Shown: positions 1 through 12,100 of the stretch, in pieces
How the letters are laid out: every line of letters starts with the position of its first letter
Numbering within the stretch: the stretch's first letter is position 1
Assembly (NCBI RefSeq): GCF_016432865.1
Contig: NC_067398.1
Coordinates: forward strand, 653,232,001-653,296,000
Length of the DNA stretch: 64,000 nucleotides
DNA from: Antechinus flavipes
Lineage: Eukaryota
Reading direction: 5' to 3'
Position numbers and translations under genes: made by a program
Notes under the pieces: model-generated
What the model was told of the DNA's origin: nothing
Database searches by the model: none
Seen by the model: only the letters and a program-made list of their open reading frames with translations

Positions 1-49
1 TAACACAAGAATCAAAGCCCCAACTCCATCTCTCTTACACCCATGTTAC

Positions 50-159
50 CTGAAGGATGTTACTCTATGCTGTGGGAGATCATCATAACTTTCAAAGCCA
101 TCTTCATTGGCATCAAAAATGGATAATCGTTCATCCGTTAACATCTCTGGCTCATCCAA
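50..159 (-). CDS. DNMT1: DNMT1 coding exon 10 (RFTS domain)
   Basis: 110 nt, ctcttag|...|gtaaca; [36 protein letters not shown](S). Confidence 0.97.
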
Positions 160-3100
160 CTAAGAGGTATTTAAAAATTATACAAAGGAGAATACTATGA
201 GAATATTAAAAGTACTCAAACTTTTTGCATCAAAATAAGTTAATTTCAATTTATTTCTGTTATTGTAACTTATAGGAAATATTTCCTAATTACTTAAAAT
301 TCTTTCTTGTTTTTCTAATCTTAAATATGGTCATGAATAACATAAAAAAAACTAATCAAAAATAACTTAAATTATCCACATCCTAGTTCCCATCTACCTT
401 TCAGCTAGTTTTCTCCACGAAATCTGTCAGCTATACTATCTGATACCTGAATTTAACCCTACACTTCTGTGTATTCACAGAAATTTTCTTCCTATCTAAA
501 ATGTATTTTTTCATATCTGTTTGTCTTATTTCCATGTCTTATATCAAGGCTCATCTTAAGTGCAATATCCTCAGTGTAGAAGTCTTTGATTCCCACCCCA
601 TCTCAGGTTTAAATTTTCCTTACATTTTTCTTATTTGTGTTTTTGCTATATATTTTCTCGCCCAGTCCTCATCACTAAATAGAACATAAGCTCATTCAGG
701 GCAGGGACTGTTTCTGCCAGGATAAAGACTTTTGTTTTTATATCCCTAGTGTCCAATATATTTTATACATAAGTACTTAATCAATAATTGTTGGATTAAA
801 AAAGGAAAAAAAAAAAACTTACTGCACCATCAGGATCTCCTTGAAAAAATTTTAGATCAGGATCATCCAGGTACTGCCTGCAATCCATACACTTAGGAGG
901 AGTAGACTACAGGGAATAACACATTAAAAAGTATTTAGAAACAGTTGTAGGAGTTACAAGAAAACCTGACACATTTATTGTTTTAAGATAGCACAGATAA
1001 ATCCTGATTTAGGCAAGAAAATTGTTTCCCAAGAGTCTAGTCATATTTTAAGTGTAACAATTTTTAAAAAAGCATTTTAAACAATTCTGAAGAAAATTAT
1101 TTTAGAAGAAAAATAAATCACAACTTAATTTAGGTTAAGTTCAGATTTTTTTATACAGGGTAATACAAAAGGACAAAACAATAAGAGTTCTTCTTTTTTA
1201 ATTAAACTTATCCCAAAAAACTATCCCTAAAACCAACCACTTAACAGTAGTTTCAAAAAGTTAACATCAAAATCAATGGGAGAGAAACCAGATAATTTTA
1301 CCATGTGCCTCCTTGTGTTGTCTTATTATTATTCTGAGACCTTCCCTACCATAGAATTTAAAGAGTGATAAAATTTAAAGCTGAAAAGATCCTAAATTAT
1401 CTGATCCAATTCCTCAGTTTACATATGGGGGGAAAAAAACCACACAAAAGATTAAAAGACATGTCCAAAATCTCACCTAGTAAACAGCATTTTTAGATTT
1501 TTAGTGTACAGGAATAATACATTTAAGAAAAACACTAATCTGCCTTAATTCACAAACATCTTACCTTTACAGGTAGTACAGGCTTCCCCTGAACTACTTC
1601 TTTTATTTCAGATCTGTATAAAAAGAACAATTAAGCAATGAAAATTCAACACTAAAACTTGGCTTCTGTTAAACAGCTTCTCAGTGATAATTTAACGCCT
1701 AATCCCATCTCAGTGAATTTTGTGCAATCCTAGGCAGGATTCATAGAAAATGCTCTAGTTGCAGTTTTTGTAAAATCTAAAATTCAGAAACTAAAAAGTA
1801 TATAACACCATTAGTAGAAACCCAAATAACTTGTCAAAATTTTAAGTCCTTATCTAATGCCTTTTGACACACAGGCTAGTGGTCTAAGATCTATCATAGA
1901 ACCGTGAATTGGTCTAATCATGCTGGAAAACAATTGGAACTGTGCCCAAAAAATTATTAAACTACATACCCTTTGACCGAATACACTACTAGATCTATAC
2001 CCCAAAGATATAAAAAAAGAAGAAACAGATCTCTACATACAAAAATATATAGTGCTGCTTTTTGTGACGATAAAAAAAACTGGAAACTAAAGGGATACTC
2101 ATCAATTAGGGAGTGGCTGAAAAAGTTGTGGAATATGAATATGATGCACTACTATGCTATACTCTAAGAAATGATGAATGTGATAAATTTTTTAAAGTAT
2201 CAGAAGATTTGTATGAACTGTTGCAAAGAAAAATGAGCAGAATCAGGAAAAATACTTCTACAATTGTAAAGATAAATAACTGAAAATTTAGGAATCACAA
2301 TTGCAAAGAACCCATAATGAAACAAGCTATCCACCTTCAGATAGAGCTAATTGACTCAGAATGCAGATTGAAACTTAATTTTTCTTTTGTCTTTTTTTTT
2401 AGACATGGCTAATATAGGAATTTGCTTTACTTGACTCTTAAGTAAGTGTACCACTGTTTTTTGGTGTTTTTTTTTTAAATTCTTGTCTTTTTCATGGTTA
2501 GAGGAGAGGCAGAAAAGGAAGGAAAAAATTAAAAGTTGAAAATTAAATTAAATTTCAAAAAAAATTATGATCTATGTTACTCAAGAATAAAACAGAATAT
2601 GTTACCAATGTAAAGAATCTTCCAACTATGTCCAGTTATACAGTCTCTGAAGATTGACCGTTTAAGCAGAATACTGGTAACATAATGAATTCTATGGGGA
2701 TAGCAATTTATGAAAAAGGGAAAGACTTCATCTGTACTAATGGGGATACCTATGTTTATAAAATTAAAGCTCTTTCCCAATGTATCACAATGCAAGTCCC
2801 TTCTTGTACTAATAAAGAAAATAAGTCCAGAGAAGACAAGAGGCTTGTCTTCCCACAGGGAAATACAGCACAAGTGAGACTATAGGGTCCCAGTTGTGCC
2901 CTCTCTTTATTGCATCACACTGCTAAACACAGTAATAAACACTAGTTCCAAAAGGACACAATTTATAAAATAGGAATTATTTCTAAGAATCCAATTAAGT
3001 AAGAAGTTCACTTTCTAATTTCTTTAGTAATGTCTCAGTTGATCTGGGTTCTGATTAGGCCCAATCTCTTACTAAAAATCCTCTAATTATCCCTTCCTTG

Positions 3101-6100
3101 TTCCCAGAGAAAAATCCTTTTAGAACACATGAGGATCAGCAAAACCAAAAAAAAAAAAAAAAAAAAAAATTCACTCCTTACCCTTCTTTGACTTCAAATT
3201 TCATTTTCTTTTCCCCTTGTTCCTAAAAGGGAATAATTAAAAATATAGAGGTAAAAAAATTTCATCAAAAGATTATGCTTAGAAAGGCATCACAGCCAAG
3301 AAGGATTTGGTCGGTGCCTCCTACTTCACTAAAGGATATGGTAAATGTAAAAACAACAAAATACACCTTGATATACTTTATAATCTAGTTGGTATGAATA
3401 GCATATGTAGTCATTAAAATATATATGTCTTTAAAGATATATTAACACATATGTACACATATTTTTATATACATTTACTAATTTTCTGTATGAGAGCAAT
3501 ATACTTTAGGATACTAATTAGAAATGCCACAGGAATTATAGAGAGAAAGTCAGAGTATTGTCAGAAGGGAATCATTGTCAGAAGGAATCTCCAAGATTCC
3601 CCACCTAGTATCCTCTTCCACATAATAATATTCCTAATGAACAGTCTTTCTGTCAAGGCACATATCACAGAAGAAAGTCTCTAACCTTTCTACTTTTGAT
3701 TGGAAACCACTCTAAGTTGTCATCCAAAGTGGAAATCATTCTTAAAATACACAAGATGTATATCTTTTCCAAATATAATTAATAATTATTGGTAGTGGGT
3801 CAGTTTAAGACCCATTTACATATTAAAATAGTACAAAAGAATTATACATTACAAAAAATAAAAAAATCTTTCTTCAAAAATCAGGCTTAGCATGAAGTGG
3901 CTACCTTTATAAGTTGCTATATTCTTTACAAAATATTTTCTTGCATGTTATTTTTTTACATATTAAGAAATAAATTCAAAGTGTAACTTAGTCACCCAAC
4001 TAGTTAGCAATGCAATCTTTTAGACTGTTTAGAACTCACATCTGGCAAGTCCAGTACTCTTTATATAATATTGCCTTTAAAGACTGCTCACTATCTCAAA
4101 CTCCCAACTAACATCTTCAGATCACTTCTACGGCTAAAATGTTTACTTGATCCTACCATTAGTCTGTATCTTTTTTCTCAGTCATACTGCTAGGAAAAGC
4201 TATTACCTCCTGACTTTGCTTTACCTCCTGACTGTACATCCACATTTCAACCTTTCAGAAGCTGGCTTCAACCACATAATTAAAGAACTACTCTCTCCCA
4301 AAGTAATTTACAATCAAAATACTAAGTCCAATAATTTTCCCTGCCTTCAGCTTTCTCGACTTCCCATAGCTTCTCAAGGTGCTGATCATTCTCCTTCCCC
4401 CAGATGTTCTCTCCTCACTGTGTTTTAATAACAAGAATCCTTTTATATTCCCCTGTTCCCTAACTAGTCAAAGCTTATAAGTTTCCTCTGCAGGATTCTC
4501 ATACATATTTTATCCTTTTAAAAGATTATGCCTCAAGGCTCTCTTCTGGTCCTCTTCTCTTCCCTCTCAAAACTCTCTTCCCTTGGTAATCGCATCATCT
4601 CTCATGGGTTTAACTATTAGCTCTGTACAGATATCTAGCCCTCATCCTTTTCCTGATAAACCTTCACTACCAATACTGCCACACTTAGATATCCCACAGG
4701 CATCTCAAACTAAACATTCTCCCAAAAGTCACCACTCTTTCTAATTTCTTGTGTCAAGAGCACTAATGAACTTTTCATTTGCATAGGTCTGCAAACATGG
4801 AGTCATCCTCAACCCTTCAGTTCTCTCCCTCAATACCCATTTCCATTTAGTTTTCAAGTCTTGTGTATATTCAAGCATATATATCCACAACATCTTTGAA
4901 CTCACGGTCTCTCCTCATAAGACCACCACCCAAATCATAGTCCCTTTTACTTCACCTAGACTGTTGTAATAATCTTCCTGTCTCCAATTTCAATCCCTTT
5001 CAATTTAGCATCTACACAGCTGTTGAACTGATATTCTAAAAATACAGAAGTGAGTTTGTCATTTTCCTGCTCAAGATGCTTCAATGATAGTTCCCTATTG
5101 GCTCTAGGATTACATATGAACTTTGTTTGTTTGACATTTAAAGCCACTCTCAAGCTGGTCTCACTATAACTTCTCTAGGGGATTATTGTTCATCCTTCCA
5201 TCTCAGAAAGGACAAGATCACACCTTACTCCATGTACTTTACACTCCAAAGACAATTGGTTGAACTGCTGCTCCCCATACATGATATTCCATTTCTCGAG
5301 TCTGTACCTTACCACAGTCTACTTCCATACCTAGAATGCACTCCTTCCTTACCATTTTGGAAATCCTAACTCCCTTTATAACTCGTCTCAAGTGCCACCT
5401 CTTACAGGAAGCTTTTCCTGATCCCTTCCCCCATGGTAGTAATGCTTTCCACCTCCCATTCCTCCAAATTGAATCTGTGTATTCATATATATGGATGTGG
5501 GTCTGTGACATGTATATATAACACATATAGTTATATGGATAAAACACATCTACAAACTATATTACAGAGAGATCATGCATATATATTATGTAGTTTTATA
5601 TGCTATATCCATATATCTGTACACTGTAAAATCAAGGGAAAGACTGTTTCATTCATGGATTTATGTCCACAGAACCTAGTAGATGTCAAATAAATACTTG
5701 TTGAATTTAATTACCAGAACTAACAAGCAGCAAAAATTACAATTTGATAACATGATTAATGAACATTGTACTACAACAAGAAGAATTTATCTTGGTTTCA
5801 AAATCCTATCCCTACACAAGGAAGAGAGGAACTTAAGAAGCTGCCAATTTGGGAGATAGGTAATTCCAAGGAATACCACCTACTGTACTATACTCCTACC
5901 TTATATACTAGCAACCATCCAGCTCAACATTTTTACAAAGAAATCAAATGTGAGGTTAGAAGAGATGGTCTGAAATATCAAGAGGCAATTACTTCCAATA
6001 GGCTATAAATAGAAGAATAACTTTCAATCAAAAACAACAACATAATTTTTTCCAGTATTACTGAAATTCAATATGATGTCCTCATCATCAATAATTTCAT

Positions 6101-9100
6101 ATATTATTTTCCCTAGAAAAATGGCTATGTGTACAAAGCAAAAAAACTGTAACTGGTAAACTTCAAGATTCTTCAAGTTACCTTTTCTTCAAGATCTTCT
6201 TCCTTCTCTATATTCATTTCTTGCTTTATTTCTCCAGTTGCCCCTTCTGATTTCCGTTTACTGGATCTGTCATTCGAAATGCAACAAATCCCAATTTGAA
6301 AAGAATGCAAACTCTTCATATCTAAACTAATACGATATTGCTCCAATGACTCAAAGAGTAACAGGTTTTATACTTACCTTGTTTACAAAAAAGTCTACAT
6401 AATTTCATGCTGATTAAAATCCTAATCTGTCTACAAGTAATCATAAAATGTCTCTATCTTCATTCCCAAACAATGATTTTGTAAAGACTGAAACAGCATT
6501 AAAAATCCTCTCACAAAATTAGCTCTCCAAAAGATATTAACAAACTCATAGCATTTAACATTTAAATGTGGTCTTCAGAAGTAGATTTTTAATATGTTAT
6601 AGAGATTATTGACCAGGCCCTCTACAAATGGAGAAGTGGGTCTTTCATAAATTACCAAATGAAAATTCTTCAAATCCCTTCCACCAATAATTCTAACCAA
6701 AATAATATTTAAATCACTATTAGTAAAGAAAAGTTGCCTAATTAAGGCACAGGCCATACTGACCCTTTTGAAAACAGAGATACAATAGTAGGTTGCTTTC
6801 CAGAGCTTCTCGTAACCCTTGAGCTAGCTGAAGATTCTGTTTAAAAAGAAAAAGAAACTCAAGGTAAACCCTCATTATATAAATGAAAACAGCACCTGGT
6901 CATAAGTACAATTTAAAAAAACCTTAAGGACAGAAGTTTAGTACTTCACCAACATGATCAAAACCCTTAAGAGGAAAAAAAGGGTAGAATGAACATAAAA
7001 TACAGGAGATACGCTACTTTTCATCCATTCAATTAATCATACTATCCTATGATTCTTATAGAAGAGTACCACAATGTCACTTCTGCTGCATCAAATCAAG
7101 GCAACTCATTGGTTCATTTTAACTCAAAAACTGGGAACAAAACGAATTACATAATCTAGCCCTTAGTAATAAAATCTACAAAAACTTAAGTGATGAGTTG
7201 TAGGCTGACAGTGCCAAAGATGGCATTTGAGGAGTTTAAGAATACAAGAAATGGATTCAGACACAGTTATTTGAATCTATTTCTTATATATCCTATGTGG
7301 TCTAATAAAGTCAAAATCATTCACAAGTACTTGTTAACTATTTCTGTTCAAGAAAACTTGAGTATTCTGTCCTAAAAATCTGTTTTATATGTAACAGGAG
7401 TGAAAAGGAGCAGAAGCTAGAGAGTCCCTCCCCTTCAAGATCAATATAACATTAAAATTATTATAAGAAACATAAATATGGCAAAGTTGAAATGCGATTA
7501 CTTTTAGCCTCGCCATCTGATTTACTTCTTCTAGGTTTTCTGGTTTTTGACAGGGATGTTGATGATCCAGTTGCTTCCTCCATCTCTACTGTACTATCTT
7601 CTTCAATACTTTTCTCAAAATCTTCGTCACTTGTATAAATACCGTTTTCTAAACAACCATTCACTTTTGAAGTGAGAGGATGGTCTCCGTTCTCCAAAAA
7701 CAGTTCTTTATTTAACAGGAATTTTACTTTGGACAAGTATCCTTCCTAGAGCAGGAAAGAAACAATTTAAGCAATAATTAGCATGTGAAAGCCCGTAATA
7801 AAGGCCAGGTACTTTCCATCAACTCAATCACTCTATTTAATATAAAAATACATCAAGGAAAGATTTGTGAAAAAGGCTCATTTCATCTTCCTGCTTCCTT
7901 CACAAGTATGCAAATACATAAGGAAATAGCAATGTTAAAAATGGGCTGCTAAGAAAACTTACTTCAGAAAGCTCTTCTTTGTGCAATTTGATCTCCAAGT
8001 CAAATAACTGATGCTGTACTTCTGCTTGCAGAAATTCATGCAATAGACTTAATTTCTTCTTAACAAATTCCTGGAGAAAAGAGTGAGGATTTAGAGCCTT
8101 AAGAACTTTCCAGCCATTTGAATTGCAAAGACGCAGGTGAATGACAATAGCAGCACACAATACAGATCCATGAAACAGAAGTAGGACCAAGAAAAGATCC
8201 TGGAGTAATTTCCAATTTCCTACACCAGCTTATTTTACAAATGAGGAAACAGAGGCAAATAGGGTTAAAGGAGTTGTTCAAGGTCACGCAGCCAGCAAGT
8301 ATCTGAGACCAAATTTGCCTGATTCTGTGTGCCTCTCTTCTTTTTGTTAAAAACAAACCAAATTGATACTTCCCACTAAAAGCTAGTATCTTGGATATCT
8401 ACAAGTAAACAGCCTAATATAAGAAACAAAAATCATCTAAGAAAGAATTACCTTTTCTGTAAGAATATCCTCATCTTTTTCTAAATCTTTAAGCCTGAAA
8501 AAAAGAAAATGTAATTGTTATATCTCTTGAGTTCCAGTTCTACATCACCAATCACTTATTAGACATTTCAAACTGCATGTATATTCCTGGATATTTTAAA
8601 CTCAACATGTTTACGACAGAACATATGAATTAACGTAAAGGAAAATTATCAAAACCAGAACAATTAATAGGAATTTGTTGTCATTCAGTCATATCTGACT
8701 GTGTGATCACATTTGGGGTTTTCTTGACAAAGATACTGTACTATTTTGTTTTCTTCTCCAACTCATTTTACAAATGAGGAAACAGAGGCAAATAGGGTTA
8801 AATGACCTGTTCAAGGTCAGTGTCTGAGACCAAATTTGAACTTGTTTTCCTGACTCTGGGGTTAGTTTTCTGTCTATAGTACCTCCTCACTGCCAGACAC
8901 AATGAATTCAACACTGTAAAAGAAAATTACTGAAAAACTTAAGAACCACATGACTAAAGCAATGACCAATCAGGACTCTAAAAGATTAATGTTAAATCAT
9001 GCTTCCCAGCTCTTATAAGTAATGAAATAGAAATACAAAAATCCTACAAACTTTTCAATCACTATGAATTATTTTCTTTTTCACGAATAAATTGTACAAG

Positions 9101-12100
9101 GGAGGGATTTGGGGGGTGGGAGTGGGAGAGGTTGTCTGGAAGGCAGTGACAATGAAACAAAAAAAAAGGGAAGAAAACAAAGAAAGGAAGATCAATTAAT
9201 CATTTAAAAAACAATAGAACAAAGTTCAGAACAAAGAGAGCAGTATTGGAACTACGGTTAAATTTGAAATACAAAAAAAACCCACCCTGGCTTTAGAAAA
9301 CAGATTTATAGTTTCACATGCAATTCTTATTTTTTTTTTTAAATACTGGAAAATGTTTGTGTTTGTTGGTGGTCATTAAGTTTATAATAATAAAAAGGAA
9401 AATTAAAGGCAGGAATCCTAAGTTTTTAAACCCAGAAACCCCTCTTGTATTTGTATTCAATTTCCATTTGTTTATTTTGGATGTACTTACATGTATCTAT
9501 ATATCTTGTCTTCTCCAATAAAAAATAAAGTTCCTTCAAAGTAGAGATTATTCCTTTTGTTTTTAATCTTTGGATCACTAGCATCTAGAATGTGAATGGT
9601 TGTCTATCCTCCAAAGTGATAAGGGCTTACAGTTTAATTGACTACTTATCCAAGAGCTGCTGCTAAAGAGATAAGATACTAACCTTCAAAATTCAATGAA
9701 TTTCTAGAAAGGGATCGGTTGGTCCTTTATGAACTACTAAAGAGTATACAATGCTTCCAAAAACATAAAGGGCATTTAGGTTCCATGAGAAGAAAAAAAA
9801 GGAGGGAAAAGGGAAGGAAAAAAGATTCCTTCCCTTACTTCAATAACTTACACTGTAACCTCAAATCACTTTAAAGGGAGCCACATTTTATTACTATCTC
9901 TTTTTTTTAGGGGAAAAAAAAAAGTCAAACATAATTCACAGATTGAGTAGAGCTGAGATTAATTAAATGAATTCAGAAACCAAAAACAAAAGAAAAAAAC
10001 AATTTTAACCCATTTCACCAGCTGTATATCAATACAAGAACCTATCAAATCCCTTTCCCAGCTCTACGTCACCTTTTTGGCTAATTAAAATAGGACGTTT
10101 TTACTCAAAGGGCTAGTGAAAAAAGGGTGATGGGAAGAGAGACAGTTTTCCATTTTAACTATGAAACATTCAAAAATGCATTTAATCAGGGGGAGCTAGG
10201 TGGCGCAGTGGACAGAGCACCAGCCCTGAAGTCAGGAGGACCTGAGTTCAAATGTGATCTCAGACAATTAACATCTCTTACCTGTGTGACCCTGCGCAAG
10301 TCACTTAACCCCAATTGCCTCAAAAAAAAAAAATATTGCATTTAATCTGTTGCTCAGATAACACCAAAGATTAACATGGTGAATATGAATATCTTAAAAC
10401 TGACTTAAAAAAAAAAAAAAAGCACAGACAAGGTGCTGAAGAAGAGAAACTCACTCCCCCAGCCAAATGGCATCCTTAACCTAAATCTGGGCTTACTCTC
10501 ATCTGCACATGAAATTATCAAGGAGCATGAAGGAGAGGAGGAAAGGGGAGAGTGGATTTTCTATGTATAAAGGAAAGCAACTGGACCTCAATGGAAATTC
10601 AATAACAACAGTCTCACCCTGCACAAGGGTCTAGCTCAGAACACTCTTTATACTGAAGAATTCACAGAAGTTCCAGGCCAAAGAATAATCTTACAGATTA
10701 AGATTAGGTCACTATTTAGTAGTGAGATTTTGAGAAATGTGTTGAATATTCCAGTGATACAAAGTGCTGATTATTGGCATTGATGAGTTTAAGAGACAAC
10801 TAGCTTTTAACAAAGTAATCTCCAACCATCTGCAGCATATTCCAAGTTAAGGAAAAAAATCATTAAACTGGGAAATGAATGCCATGCAAATTTCTTCTCT
10901 CAGCCATTAATCTATGGAATTTAAGAAAAAAGAAGGCATTACGACTGCTTCAGGTGGAAAGATTCAATGTTTAAGAAGCTACTGGAGACATCTGGTTTTA
11001 AATTATTCAAGAGAGGTTCTTGGAAGCCTGTATCTGGATATATGTAAATTAGTAGAAATAATAATACATTTAGAATCCAAGGATCTGGGTTTCAAATGAG
11101 TTGTTAAGTTGCTTCTCTGTATGATTTTTAGAAACATCATTATATACACACCTTTTTGGTTCTTTTATATGAAAAAAGAGGGAATGGACAGGATAACCTC
11201 TAAAAGTTCCTTCCAACTCTAATTTTATTATGTTACTGATATAAAATGCAAGGTGAGATGATCCAAGGTTCCAAGATCTATCACAGATTTATATAGACGT
11301 GCTCAAAAATCCAGATTACTACCAGCTACAAATCTTACGTTCATGACTGTATGGTAGCAAGAGTACCGACATTGAAATAATGGATGAGCAAAGAATAAAT
11401 AACATGATACCCATGTCACTGTTGTACAATGAGTTGAAATAGAATAATCACAAAGGTAAAAAAAAAAAAAAAAAAGCTTCAGGGATACATAAAATACATT
11501 TAGGCAATAATCAAGAACTGCTGAAAACAAATTTAGACAATAATTGTGGACTGCTGAAAACCAAAAATCATTTGATTTTTTTTAAAAATATACTTTGAAA
11601 AGGTAAGACAAGCTTCAGTTACCTTCATTTTCTTAATTAAGTCTATGACATTTCCTAAAGTNNNNNNNNNNNNNNNNNNNNNNNNNNNNNNNNNNNNNNN
11701 NNNNNNNNNNNNNNNNNNNNNNNNNNNNNNNNNNNNNNNNNNNNNNNNNNNNNNNNNNNNNNNNNNNNNNNNNNNNNNNNNNNNNNNNNNNNNNNNNNNN
11801 NNNNNNNNNNNNNNNNNNNNNNNNNNNNNNNNNNNNNNNNNNNNNNNNNNNNNNNNNAGGCTGGCTTTGAACTTCAAAACCAGTGTTTTATCCACTGAGC
11901 CACCTAGCTGCTCCCCAGAGCATACAATTTAAAAACAAACAGAAAAAATCTGTTGAACAGTACTACTATTAGATGCTCTTTTAAAGCTAGGTTTCAGGCA
12001 ACCACACATGAGGCAAAATTGAAAATAGCCCATATTTGTAAAATGAGAGCAGCAGTTCCAAAGAAAAAAGTTCCTAAGCAGCAAAGGAAAAAAAATCAAT

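Noticed and set aside
10189-10260. tRNA-like A/B box sequences in SINE heads (also near 34130 and 36185)
   Set aside because: They continue into CORE-SINE bodies; not tRNA genes.
11533-11932. ORFs spanning the N run
   Set aside because: Artefacts of the assembly gap.
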